Of a stretch of 64,000 nucleotides of DNA, positions 1 through 36,054 are shown piece by piece. The notes under the pieces were generated by a model. The model did no database searches and was not told where the DNA came from. It saw nothing but the letters and a program-made list of their open reading frames with translations. The position numbers and the translations under genes were made by a program. Where the stretch lies: assembly GCF_009914755.1 (NCBI RefSeq), contig NC_060936.1, one strand, 5' to 3'. How positions within the stretch are numbered: position 1 is the first letter of the stretch; each line of letters begins with the position of its first letter. This DNA is from the human T2T-CHM13v2.0 reference genome, Homo sapiens.

Positions 1-4740
<4,740 letters not shown>

Positions 4741-5379
4741 GATGACGATGGCAGCTTACACCTGTGTCACACCCTCCCTTACCACAGTCCCTTTAGATGC
4801 CTGACCCAACCTTCAGCAAGACAGCACCGATGGGCCTAGAATGGACATCCTGGCCTGTAAGGGGAAAGAGGTAGCTGAGTCAAGGGTAGGCCCAGGTACT
4901 GGTACTTAGGGTCTTCTAGGTTATGGGGGCAGGAGGGAGATGAGGCAGGCATGAGGGATGAGACTGCCAGCCAAAGGATGAAGCAGGCGGGGGAGGGATG
5001 GGCAGTGGGGGTGGAGGTGGTAGAACTGTTGTCCCTATCCCTCCTCCGCTAGGCCCTCTGTACTCTCCACCACCCCATTATCTAACCTAATCCTTGACTT
5101 CCCTTTCTTCTCACTTCGGACTGCTCACTTGCCTTGTTCAGCCCTGAATCATCAGGTGAAGGGAGCGAGAATTGCGGGGGTTGGAGTTAGGTAGAGGGAT
5201 TTAAGGTGCTTTCTCCCAGAATTGGGGGTGAAAACGGGTGGATTGGACGGTGGGGAGAACGAGAAGTCAGTTTCCTAGAATCCTCTCCAATAGCTACCCA
5301 GGATTCTCTAGAGGAAAACAATAATGGCCAGTTACCCACAATTGGGGCGGGGGCAGGGGAAGGTGACGGAAACGGCTAG

Positions 5380-5860
5380 TTACCCAGAATTCTCTGGGGG
5401 AACCAGAAAAATCGGTTATCTAGAATTCTCCCACGGCAGCGGTGAGGAGGGGGATAGGGCAAGGGTCAGATGTGTTCCTGGGATGCTTACGGGGAATGGG
5501 TCATTACCAAGATTTCTCCATGGCGGATATTTTGGAGCGCGTGGAATTAGAACGAGTAGGGGGAGCGCAAGCGCTGTCAGCTCCGCGGGAAATTCCAGTT
5601 TCCCCAGTTCTCCCCCACGCCTAGGGCTCAACCTAACCACTACGGCGCCAAGGACCGGGGTCCGAGGCGCTTCTTCCAATCAAGAAGGGCTCGGGGCATA
5701 TTTTAGCCAATCAGAAGGGCTCCGGGCGCATCTAAGCCAATCAGAAGGAGCCAGGTACGGCGACCCCAGGAGAGAGCGTGTGACGCACGCGCCGGAAAAA
5801 GAGGTTACGGGGCGCCGGTGGGACAAACGCAGCCAGACGCCGGACTTGTTGGGTGGCGTT
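5380..5860 (-). promoter_or_regulatory. PAN2 CpG-rich promoter and non-coding first-exon region
   Basis: CpG-rich. CCAAT at 5676, 5707 and 5737; GGGAAATTCC (kB consensus) at 5587-5596; TGACG at 5781; candidate minus-strand GTAAG donor at 5490. Exact TSS not determinable. Confidence 0.75.
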
Positions 5861-6835
5861 AGAAAGTAACTCTGTTTTTAGTCTTCTTGAACAAAATTAC
5901 GTCTAGGTTTGAAAACCAAACTTTTATGCTTTCTATAACTTTAGGAACTCTAAAATAAGGGACACACAAGGCAAAGCACTAGGAGTCGCTGTTGGGTATT
6001 CCCAGCGGGGCTTAGTCTACCTCCTCTTCCTGCGGTGCCCTAGTGAGCCACTCCGCCACCTCTGACCCTGTTGCCCCCAAAACTCGCTGGCATTTCCTAT
6101 TATTTCCAGATATGGGAGAGAAAAAAAAGGAAGCGGGAGCCGGACTCCTGACACAGTCCAAGTGGCTGCATCTTCTACAGGCATCCATCTGAAACTCCCA
6201 TCCGTGATTGTTCCCTCCCCAGAGACCCCGGTAACATTCCCGGGTAACAAGATGCCCCTGGTTATCAAATTCCCCTAGCTCTTGAGGCTGGCTGGACGTT
6301 ATCCCTCAGAGGGGGATGAGCATGGCAAATTGGGACTTGTTATTCTGAAGGATTCGTGGGTCCTGTGAACTCTAATTACTTTGAAATGGGTCTAGGTTGT
6401 GAGATGTCTCAGAGCACTTTAGCTCAGCTGTTATTACTGTTTCTAAAGGCCACATAAAGGGACTCTGATGGGAGACATTCCTCATGGAGGATTCAATTCT
6501 ATAACATTTCTCTCAATAAAGGCTGGTAAATAGACCTTCATTAAAGGAACCAAGAATTTAAATTTCTAGGACTCAGAGGGGTGGGGTCCTATACCCAGTC
6601 AGAGATCCTACCTAGAGCCTAGACCAAGAGAAAAACACAGATGGTCTCTCAAACTGATTTGATCTGACTTCGCAGGTCATTAGATATAGAATCTCCGAAA
6701 AAGGTGGATGCTGAGAGACATAGACAGTTCCTACACTTTAAGAAATCTCCATCTTGAGGTCTCAAATTGAGAAAGACTTAACAGACCCATGAGAGTTACA
6801 GATCCCTAATAACCTGGGCTAAATAATCCATGTCT

Positions 6836-9172
<2,337 letters not shown>

Positions 9173-9376
9173 CTTGGTAGATTTAACTTAGAATCGTAAT
9201 ATTTTTTTTTCTTCTCTTAGCTCATACCTACAGAATCATAATATTTGAACCAGAAGTGTCATTGGGCAGTTTTGAATAGCTCTAAGGGAAGGGAGACCTC
9301 CATTCAGGACAAGTTTCTCAGAAGAAAAGGGTCAACCTCTTGGGGGAGGCTTTGGGAGCCAGCTGTGTGGTCACCG

Positions 9377-9704
9377 ATGGCCTCATTCTGACGTCTTCGA
9401 AATTGTTCTGGGACCCTCCACTGGGGTCGGGGCAGTCCCGGCTTTGGACCACCTTCCACTCCCACGCCCAACCTCACACTCTTAGCTGTTTCACTCGATG
9501 TTGCATCATGGAGGGTGATGAAATCGGTGTCAGTGGATTTTACCCATGGATGCAACAAGCTGAAGGACCAGCCAGAGTCATTGACAGTGCACCTTCGACT
9601 ACCCAGAACTCCTGGGCTTCCTAGCCATGGGGTCCAAAGCTGGGACTGCCCCGACCCCAGTGGAGGGTCCCAGAACAATTTGGATGACGTCAGAATGAGG
9701 CCAT
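9377..9704. repeat. Long inverted repeat (74-bp arms, 71/74 identical, 180-bp spacer)
   Basis: 9377-9450 aligned by hand with the reverse complement of 9631-9704. Confidence 0.95.
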
Positions 9705-10434
9705 GGGACTAGGTGCTGGAATGTCTAAGTTGAACTTCCAGGCCTTATTTGCACTAGTCCTGAAAAAAACATCATCCAACTCTTATAGAGCCTATGAAAT
9801 CTTGGGCCACTAGGGTTGAGGAGTCAGGTGGTTCTTAGTCAATAACCCTCTTCCCACAAGAGCCTTTCTAACCTCCACTGTGAGGCCTGAAATGGGGAGC
9901 AATAAGACCTCATACTGGCTTCCCAGTTCTCCAAGTTCCTTCATGCGCATTCTCTCCCATGAAACCAGGACCATCCAGTTGAAATAATGTTGTTTCCAAC
10001 TGAGAAAAAGAAGCCCGTTTATTCCTAATAGGGGGCATCAGGTAGGAATCAAACTTCATTGCAAACAGCTCACCATCCTATTGGGAGATGAATGGATGTT
10101 TCTCTGTTTTGCTTTTTCCTCAAGCAGGAGGAAGTGAGGAAATTAGGTTTGGGGTGGGGTAGGGGTATAGCTTTGAGAGGCAAAAAGATCAGGGAAAGAT
10201 CAAACAGGAAGGAACTTGAGACCAGATTAATTTAAATATTTGTTCTCCCTTACCCCTCCCACCCCATCCCCGCTGTGCCCCCCATCCCCGCCCCTTCTAT
10301 AGCTATTTCGATTCCTGGAGAGCATTACACATGTGTCCCATCCCAGGCCTCTAGCCACAGCAACCACACTACTCATTTCCCCTGGAACTGAGGCTGCATA
10401 CCTGGGCTCCCCACAGAGGGGGATGATGCAGGGA

Positions 10435-10473
10435 GGGGAATCCCACCTGCTGTGAGTCACCTGCTGGTATAAA
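10435..10473 (+). promoter_or_regulatory. IL23A core promoter: NF-kB, AP-1, TATA
   Basis: GGGGAATCCC at 10435-10444; TGAGTCA at 10453-10459 flanked by two CACCTG; TATAAA at 10468-10473. Confidence 0.85.
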
Positions 10474-10690
10474 GGGCGGGCCTTACAATGCAGGGACCTT
10501 AAAAGACTCAGAGACAAAGGGAGAAAAACAACAGGAAGCAGCTTACAAACTCGGTGAACAACTGAGGGAACCAAACCAGAGACGCGCTGAACAGAGAGAA
10601 TCAGGCTCAAAGCAAGTGGAAGTGGGCAGAGATTCCACCAGGACTGGTGCAAGGCGCAGAGCCAGCCAGATTTGAGAAGAAGGCAAAAAG

Positions 10691-11750
10691 ATGCTGGGGA
10701 GCAGAGCTGTAATGCTGCTGTTGCTGCTGCCCTGGACAGCTCAGGGCAGAGCTGTGCCTGGGGGCAGCAGCCCTGCCTGGACTCAGTGCCAGCAGCTTTC
10801 ACAGAAGCTCTGCACACTGGCCTGGAGTGCACATCCACTAGTGGGACACATGGTGAGTGGCAGCCCCTGGAGCCTAACAGGAGTCCAGGCTCTCCAAGGC
10901 TGTGGCAGAAGACCGTGACCTTGAGTGGAAGCTGGAGGGTTGAAGGCCATTAGGGAGTAAGAGAGGACAAGAGAGTAGGGTTCCTGGGAGAGTCATGGGC
11001 CTGAGGGTCCAGGTTGGCTTCAGAAGTACTATCTTACTTCTTCATTCTTTCCACCTCTTCCTTCATTCCAGGATCTAAGAGAAGAGGGAGATGAAGAGAC
11101 TACAAATGATGTTCCCCATATCCAGTGTGGAGATGGCTGTGACCCCCAAGGACTCAGGGACAACAGTCAGGTACCACTGGGATGTGGCTGGGCAATGAAG
11201 GAGAGGGGACTGAGAACATGGCTGGGTACCATGGTAAACCAGAAGTTGTGTCTGAAAATAGTAAGAAACTGGGTGAGTCTTCAGTGAATGGAGTAGGAAG
11301 AGGGTGTCCTCTTTCATTGCTTTCTTTTCTCCCTAGTTCTGCTTGCAAAGGATCCACCAGGGTCTGATTTTTTATGAGAAGCTGCTAGGATCGGATATTT
11401 TCACAGGGGAGCCTTCTCTGCTCCCTGATAGCCCTGTGGGCCAGCTTCATGCCTCCCTACTGGGCCTCAGCCAACTCCTGCAGGTATGAAGTAGGGGCGT
11501 GGAGGATGGGGGCTTGCAGGTGTCAGAGACAGAGGGTTGGGGGTTAAGGGTTTAGAGTCTTCTCTGACTGTGTCCTATGTCCTTTCAGCCTGAGGGTCAC
11601 CACTGGGAGACTCAGCAGATTCCAAGCCTCAGTCCCAGCCAGCCATGGCAGCGTCTCCTTCTCCGCTTCAAAATCCTTCGCAGCCTCCAGGCCTTTGTGG
11701 CTGTAGCCGCCCGGGTCTTTGCCCATGGAGCAGCAACCCTGAGTCCCTAA
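10691..11750 (+). CDS. IL23A: Interleukin-23 subunit alpha (p19), 189 aa
   Basis: join(10691-10852,11072-11170,11337-11483,11589-11750), all GT-AG; 570 nt = 189 aa + TAA; [30 protein letters not shown]...AHGAATLSP. Confidence 0.98.
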
Positions 11751-11929
11751 AGGCAGCAGCTCAAGGATGGCACTCAGATCTCCATGGCCCAGCAAGGCCA
11801 AGATAAATCTACCACCCCAGGCACCTGTGAGCCAACAGGTTAATTAGTCCATTAATTTTAGTGGGACCTGCATATGTTGAAAATTACCAATACTGACTGA
11901 CATGTGATGCTGACCTATGATAAGGTTGA

Positions 11930-12038
11930 GTATTTATTAGATGGGAAGGGAAATTTGGGGATTATTTATCCTCCTGGGGACAGTTTGGGGAGGATTATTT
12001 ATTGTATTTATATTGAATTATGTACTTTTTTCAATAAA
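11930..12038 (+). terminator. IL23A 3'UTR AU-rich elements and AATAAA poly(A) signal
   Basis: Several TATTTA/TTATTTAT motifs at 11931-12012; AATAAA at 12033-12038. Confidence 0.85.
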
Positions 12039-12447
12039 GTCTTATTTTTGTGGCTATATGAGTCTAATTTCTAGGCTCAATTGGGAAAGAGAAATCGATG
12101 GAAAAATAAGGCCAAGAGACTACAATATGCATCCCTTTCTTCTATTCTGAAGGGCTATGGTGGAGAATGATATTTTCTCATGACCCCCTGGTGTATAGAA
12201 TAACTGGGATCTCTTTAGTATTAATTCCTATATGGCTGAGCAAGCAGAATGGGATTACCAGATTAGGAAGTGGGATCATACCTAAGGGTCACTTGCTCCC
12301 TGATCCAGTGTCTCCTTCCCTGCTTTCTTGGCCAAGAGTATATCTGATCAAAGACGGGAGTCCTGATCATTGCAGGATCAAAAGTCAGAGTTCAGCTTTG
12401 AGCAGGAAGGGCATTCCAGGGAAATGAAGATAAATATCCTAGAATAA

Positions 12448-12840
<393 letters not shown>

Positions 12841-13261
12841 TGAAAAAAAGAAAAGATGAGGGGAAGTGGCTAGTGATTATTTCCTTTCCTTTTTTTTCCA
12901 TAGTCACAGCATCAAAAAGTGTGGGTTTGAAGTCAGAAAAATCCAGACAGGTTTGTGTTTTGGCTTTGCCAACAATCAGCTGAGTGACAATGAGACAGTT
13001 ATATAACTACTCATCCCTCCCCCCACAATGCATATATAGCTCCCAGCACCCCTAGAAGAGTCTAACGGACAGGAGGGGCTACTCCAAACAGGAAGGGAAG
13101 AAGAAATATGACAAGAGGAATGTAGAGGGGTGGATGGAAGAGAGGCCACAATTTTCTGACTTCATTCCTGTGCAGCTTGTTGGTGTCCCTAAGAACATTA
13201 GCCTTTGTGAGCAGGGAAATAAAGAGGATCAGAGATGAGACATTTCCAGATCAGCACAAAG

Positions 13262-13267
13262 TTTATT
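13262..13267 (-). terminator. Probable STAT2 poly(A) signal
   Basis: TTTATT on plus (AATAAA on minus) about 1.8 kb downstream of the STAT2 stop codon. Confidence 0.65.
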
Positions 13268-13661
13268 AGCCATTTCTGCTCAGAAGAGCCCCTTTCTGAA
13301 CAGGACTGTTCCTCTGACATAACAGACAAGAAACAGCCACCTGTGCAGGGCCTTTCCTTTATATCTCAAGCTACATCAGGAGAACATCTTGGAGCAATGT
13401 CAGTTGCCCCCTGGGGTTCCCTGGGAATAGCTAAGGTGTGAGATTGTCCAGAGTCCTATGACAGACCTTCAAGGTTTTAAGTTCCACAGACTTGGACTTT
13501 GTCCAGGTCCACAACCAACGAATAGAAACCTTCCTTTCAGGTAAACAACATATTGTACAAAAAAGGGAGGATGATAACATAATAGAGAAAGAGCTAAGAC
13601 CCATTGCTTCTCCTCTGTAAAAACACCAAACTTTATCCAATACTATAAAAAAGAAATTCCT

Positions 13662-14315
<654 letters not shown>

Positions 14316-15034
14316 CTAGGTAGCATAAACTAGTGTGCAAAGCTTCACACTCACATTAGATTGGCAGGATCATTTTATGGGGGAGGAACAGGTACAGCCA
14401 GCTTAGGGGCAGAGTAGGGGAGGAGACTGGTAAGAAAAAGAGGTCTACTTCCTATCCATCCCTTTCTTCAGGGTAGAGTTTCACATGGTAGGCTAAGGCA
14501 GAAAGCTCTCAACCCCTGCAGGAAAAGAAGAAATTCAGGGCTTGAGCCAGGAGTAAAGGAAAGAAGAAAGCAAGTTATCCTAGACATGAAGGAATGGAAG
14601 AAAGAAATGGAGTCCTATCCTGTGTCTGTGCTCCCCACCAAGGGCCAATGCCAGTATGCACCAGTTTAGCCTAACCAACTATTAAAATGTTGAAATCCTT
14701 CCATACTGGAAAGAAGCCACTGCCCTGAGCCCTCCAAGTACCTGTCAACTGCCCTGGCCTGCCCCCAGGACCCCTATACCTCCCAGCACAGCAGGCAGCC
14801 TCCAGGATCCTATTTAGACCTATGGCTCAGCATCTGTTCTGATTCATTGTTGTCCCCTCTGTACCCATGTTATGCTTTCACCTCTCACCCCAATGGAGTC
14901 ACACAGGCCTGAGTTTGAACAGTTAACACAGCTTGGAAGGGACACATGCCTGATTCCCATCCTTGGAGAACAATATCATGCTATGAGGAGTAGGAAGGGC
15001 AAGAGATATGAAAAGAACAGAGGAAATGTGGTTC

Positions 15035-28270
<13,236 letters not shown>

Positions 28271-28494
28271 TCAGAAGGATGAGGGTTCCCAATTGGATAT
28301 TTTGCTGGACTAAATCATCCATAGTTTCATGATTGTTCATTATTACTAATTTAAAATGTTTAAATTATACAAGTAATAAAAATACAGAAAACATTAAAAT
28401 ATATGTTGATCCTACTGCTAATCTTGGTTCTTTCCCCTCCTCTCCAGAAGTAACCACTGCTATCAGTTTGGTGCATATTCTTCCAGGGAGTGCT

Positions 28495-28709
28495 ACCAGT
28501 TGAGTATCTGCTATTCCAAGCATTTTGGATTTCAGATTTGTCCAGATTTTGGAATATCTGCATTACTTACCAGTCGAGCATCCCTAATCCAAAACTCTGA
28601 AATCTGAAATGGTCCAAAATCTAACTTTTTGAGCACCCACATGACACTCAAAGGAAATGCTCACTGGAGCATTTTGGAGCCAAATTTTTCAGATTAGGAA
28701 TGCCTAATC

Positions 28710-28713
<4 letters not shown>
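28495..28713. mobile_element. Tigger4/MER46-type DNA transposon
   Basis: GAGCATCCCTAATCCAAAA...CTCAAAGGAAATGCTCACTGGAGCATTTTGG...GATTAGGAATGC..CTGTA, with quasi-palindromic organisation. Confidence 0.7.
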
Positions 28714-28746
<33 letters not shown>

Positions 28747-28850
28747 GGACTCTCACTCTTTTGCCTGGGCCGGAGTGAAGTGGCATGATCTTGGCTCATT
28801 GCAACCACCATCCCCCTGGTTCAAGTGATTCTTCTGCCTCAGCCTCCTGA

Positions 28851-29268
<418 letters not shown>

Positions 29269-30681
29269 TGATCTGCCTACCTCGGCCTTCCAAAGTGCTG
29301 GGATTACAGGCGTGAGCCGCTGTGCCCAGCCGGCCCCAACCTGTATTTTAATAGCTTCAATAAGTGGGCCTTTGTGCTTTAATGGGAATTTTCTTTCTTT
29401 TTTTTTTTTTTTTTTTGAGACAGGGTCTCACTTGGTCACCCAGGCTGGAGTGCAGTGGCATGATCTTGGCTCACTGCAGCTTTGACCTCTCAGGTTCAAG
29501 CCATTCTCTGCCTCAGCCCCTCAAGGAGCTGGGACTACAGGAGTGTGCCATCATGCCAGCTAATTTTTTGTAGAGATGGGATTTTGCCATGTTGCCCAGG
29601 CAGATCTCAAACTCCTGAGCTCAAGTAATCCGCCTGCCTCAGCCTTCCAAAATGCCGGGATTAACAGGCATGAGCCACCATAACCAGCCTAATGGTAATT
29701 TTCAAATACACACTAGAGTAGAGTGAATAGTACAAGGATCACCATCCAGCTTTAACAAACATTACTATTTCCACAATCTTATTTCATCTATCTCCCTAAT
29801 TCATTTATTTTGCATTTATGTGTGTGTTTGTTATTTATATTTGATTGTGCTAAAGCATTTAAAGATCAGTGTTGATGTTAAGTATTTATTACAGCATGAT
29901 CCCTGCTGGCTCTGAAGCTTTTTTTTTTCTTTTTTTTTTTTTCTTTTTTTGAGATGGAGTCTTGCTCTGTCACCCAGGCTGGAGTGCAGTGACACGATCT
30001 CGGCTCACTGCAAACTCTGCCTCCCGAGTTGAAGGGATTCTCCTGCCTCAGCCTCCCGACTAGCTGGGATTACAGGCGCCCACTACCATGCCCAGCTAAT
30101 TTTTGTATTTTTAGTAGAGATGGGGTTTCACCATATTGTCCAGGCTGGTCTGGAACTTCTGACCTCAGGTGATCTGCCCACCTTGGCCTCCCAAAGTGCT
30201 GGGATTACAGGGGTGAACCACCATGCCCGGCCACCTGAAGCTTTTTTAGGAGCCAAATCTTTTTGGTGGTCAGGTAAGTACACCATATAAACTGCCCTCC
30301 ATATAGGAAGGAGGAGCTCCATTCTAGAAGACATCTAAATGCTGTGCAATGGGTGGCTCAATCCCAAGAATATGACACGTTTATGACCTGTGAATCTTGA
30401 ATATGATTATAGGTTATCAACTTTGTGAGATCCTGAAACTTCACTTAAAATTGTTGCCTGTAATCCCAGCTACTCAAGAGGCTGAGGCAGGAGAATGGCT
30501 TGTACCCAGGAGGCAGGGGTTGCAGTAAGCAGAGATCACATCACTACACTCCAGCCTGGGTGACAAAGCAAGACTCTGTCTCAAAAGAACAACAAATTGG
30601 TTTTTGCCTGTCACCAAGCAGGCTGTCCCATGCATCTTTCTCCCCACTGTTCCCTGCTCACTGCCAGCTGGTGTCTATTTA

Positions 30682-30694
30682 GGAAACTGAAACT
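30682..30694 (+). promoter_or_regulatory. Consensus ISRE in STAT2 intron 1
   Basis: GGAAACTGAAACT matches GAAANNGAAACT. Confidence 0.65.
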
Positions 30695-31559
30695 TATGCT
30701 TGTTGCAGCCTGAGCCTAACAGAACAGAATTCATGCATATTTGTGGTCTAAAAAGGTCACATGATTTTATTACAAAATAAAGAGAAATGCTTGGGGTGGG
30801 AGAGTCTTCTACTAACATGAATAACATCAGCTGCCTTTCTACCTCCAGCAGGAACAAGGGAAGGGAGGGATTGGGCAGGGGCTATTTTCATTTTAACTCT
30901 TTTAGTAGTGCTTGATTTTTAAAACTATGTATCTGTATTGCTTTTATGATACCAAAAAAAAGTTAAAAAAATGATCAGGTGGCCAGGCATGATGGCTCAT
31001 GCCTGTAATCCCAGCACTTTGTGAGGCCCACAAGACGAGAGGATGGCTTGAGCCCAGGAGTTTGAGACCAAGCTTGAGCAACATAGTGAGATTCCATCTC
31101 CAAAAAAAAATTAATGATGAGGTCCCAATTCTTGAGGATTTAAGTGTCTGATATTAAAGGAGCAAGTCAGCAAAGATTCAAATATGAAAACAAAACAAAA
31201 AACCTGGTCTCCCCAAATGGATTGCAAACACTGAGGTTAAGGGCTGAAACAATTTTTTCTCATTATCTCTCATTCTTAGGCACATATTTTGCACTCAAGA
31301 AGCTTTTCTGAAATGAACTGAATTTTGTGTGTGACCTTAGGCAATCGTTTCATCTTTCAGTAGCTTATACTTTTTAACAAAACAAGGATAATAGATTTAT
31401 CTATCTTTGTTTTTAGATTTATCTATCTTTGAACATCGTTTTTTGGTGAAGATAAAAAATAATGCAGAGCAGAGGGAAAAACGTCAGATACCGAACCAAC
31501 ATAACAATGCCAGATTCCGGGTCTCGGAAGCTGCAGGGCAGTTTTGGGAGAGGGGCATT

Positions 31560-32484
<925 letters not shown>

Positions 32485-32911
32485 TGATCTTGAACTCCTG
32501 ACCTCAGGTGATCATCCCGCCTCAGCCTCTCACAGTGCTGGGATTACAGGCGTGAGCCACCGCACCTGGCTAATAGCTATTTATTGAAAGTACTGTGATA
32601 AGCATTTTAGATTCATTGTATCATTTTAAATTTACAGGGCAACTCATTGAGGTTAAAATCATTCTATCTCCTTTAGAAACTTCAAAACTGATCTTAGTTC
32701 AAGAAAGAAGTTACTATTCAGTGATCACCGAGGCTCTAACAAGTGGAGCCTAGATTCGAAACCAAACCCTGTGACTTCAACACCCAAACATTTACGTTCT
32801 TACGTTTTACTGTACAGCCTTCCTCCTGGATAAATCAGATTAAAATTTTGAAGACATGTATATAGCTTGTCAGGGTAGTACAGTTATTAATTCTGTGGTT
32901 ACCACATTCTT

Positions 32912-34432
<1,521 letters not shown>

Positions 34433-34767
34433 TGAGAAGTGAGACTGCCTTGGTAGGTTTGATCGCTTCCTGATCCTGTTCTGCCTAGTTCTGTGTCCCA
34501 TGAGGAAAGGAGATATTTGCTTTCCCCTATGATCAGTGAAGGATGTAATCTCTGCAAATATTTGCCCATTTATACTGGCTGCTCAAACCTTGTGCCCCTT
34601 GTCACACACTCAACCTCTATGCCTACAGTCCTGTTCTTTGGCATTTCCTGTATGTCCCTGCCACATTCCCACTCTAAGCTCATGATAGGAGCCAGGGAAA
34701 TTCAGAATTAGGAAAGATGAGATGTTTGTGATACTCTCATTTCTCTTCATTTTAAAAATTAAATTAG

Positions 34768-35071
<304 letters not shown>

Positions 35072-35256
35072 TTAAAAAAAAAAAAGGGGGGGAGCTGACA
35101 CCTACTAAGTGGAGAGGGGCAAGGCTAACACTGGTCACATATGTGTTTAAGGGAAGAGGTGAAATAAAGAGCATTCATCTGTCCTAAGTGGTCTCCAACA
35201 TTTCTAACTACTTACTGTGTGCCATCCTTGAATACAGTCCTGGGAAAGGAGACTCA

Positions 35257-36054
35257 TTACTTATGTGATATTGAATAGCTGAAATGAGCCGGGATCAATT
35301 CCTGGATCATTTTCCTCACAAAGCACTTCAGAATAGCTGTGGAACATTTGATAGATTATATTGTCACTGTCCATGGACAATTTAAATGATCTTGAGAGCT
35401 TCTTCAACTTTTTGCCTAATTCTTCAATATGCTCCCAAGACTCATACCTGCAGTTCTTGGTGATGTGGACACCCAAAACTTTGAACTGTGACACCAAGCA
35501 TCATGGGAGATGGTTTCTCAGCAAACTCAATCACCATCTGAGCTACCTGGTAGGCCAGCTACCCCAGTGGGTATATTTGCCACCATCCATACATTTCCCA
35601 GGATGGGCAGCTGGGTGCTGGGTTTATTCACACTTCCCTAAGGGACTACTAGATTCGTCACAATGATGTTGGTATTGCCTTCCTCCCCATTGAACTTTTT
35701 GACTCTCACGGATGAGGGTTTCAGTGGTATCCTTTCCTCGCATCTGAAACTGCAGAACATGGGCCTCAGTTGGGCAGCCCACCTCCTCCAAGGGCACCCT
35801 CAGAGCTAAGTTGGACAGGTACTCAGGCAGAGGGGCTAGGGAGGGGGCTGTGTGTAAGAGATCTTGGCAGATCCTGGGATCTGGGAGAGGAATCTGGCTC
35901 TCCATGTTCTCCAAATAATGGAGAGCATGTTTGATGGATGCCCAGTCTCTGTTAAAGATGGCTGGAGGGTCAGAGTCTCATTCTGAGCATTTCTTGGAAA
36001 GGCAGACACCAGGGACAGCAGGACACAGCAAAGCAGCAGCACAGCTTGGACCAT
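35257..36054 (-). pseudogene. Apolipoprotein N-like (APOF-family) pseudogene, copy 1
   Basis: Signal-like MVQAVLLLCCVLLSLVSAFP. A frameshifted segment ESQIPLPDPRICQ..LAPLPEYLSNLALRVPLEEVGC aligns with APOF ESQTPSSDPLSCQ..MAPLPKFLVSLALRNALEEAGC. Further frameshifts downstream. The ApoN assignment rests on recalled rodent Apof-Apon synteny and sequence. Confidence 0.8.

Noticed and set aside
5324-5869. 181-aa plus-strand ORF at the PAN2 promoter
   Set aside because: GC-rich, stop-poor promoter DNA. Its internal repeats (SYPEFS, SQSEGL) simply mirror the DNA motif repeats.
9510-9565. C/D-box snoRNA call (TGATGA...CTGA)
   Set aside because: Boxes only about 45 nt apart, no established host intron, no recognisable guide sequence. 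Kept only as a hairpin observation.
10227-10838. 203-aa ORF antisense to IL23A exon 1 and promoter
   Set aside because: Non-ATG start, no recognisable family, shadow of GC-rich coding and promoter sequence.
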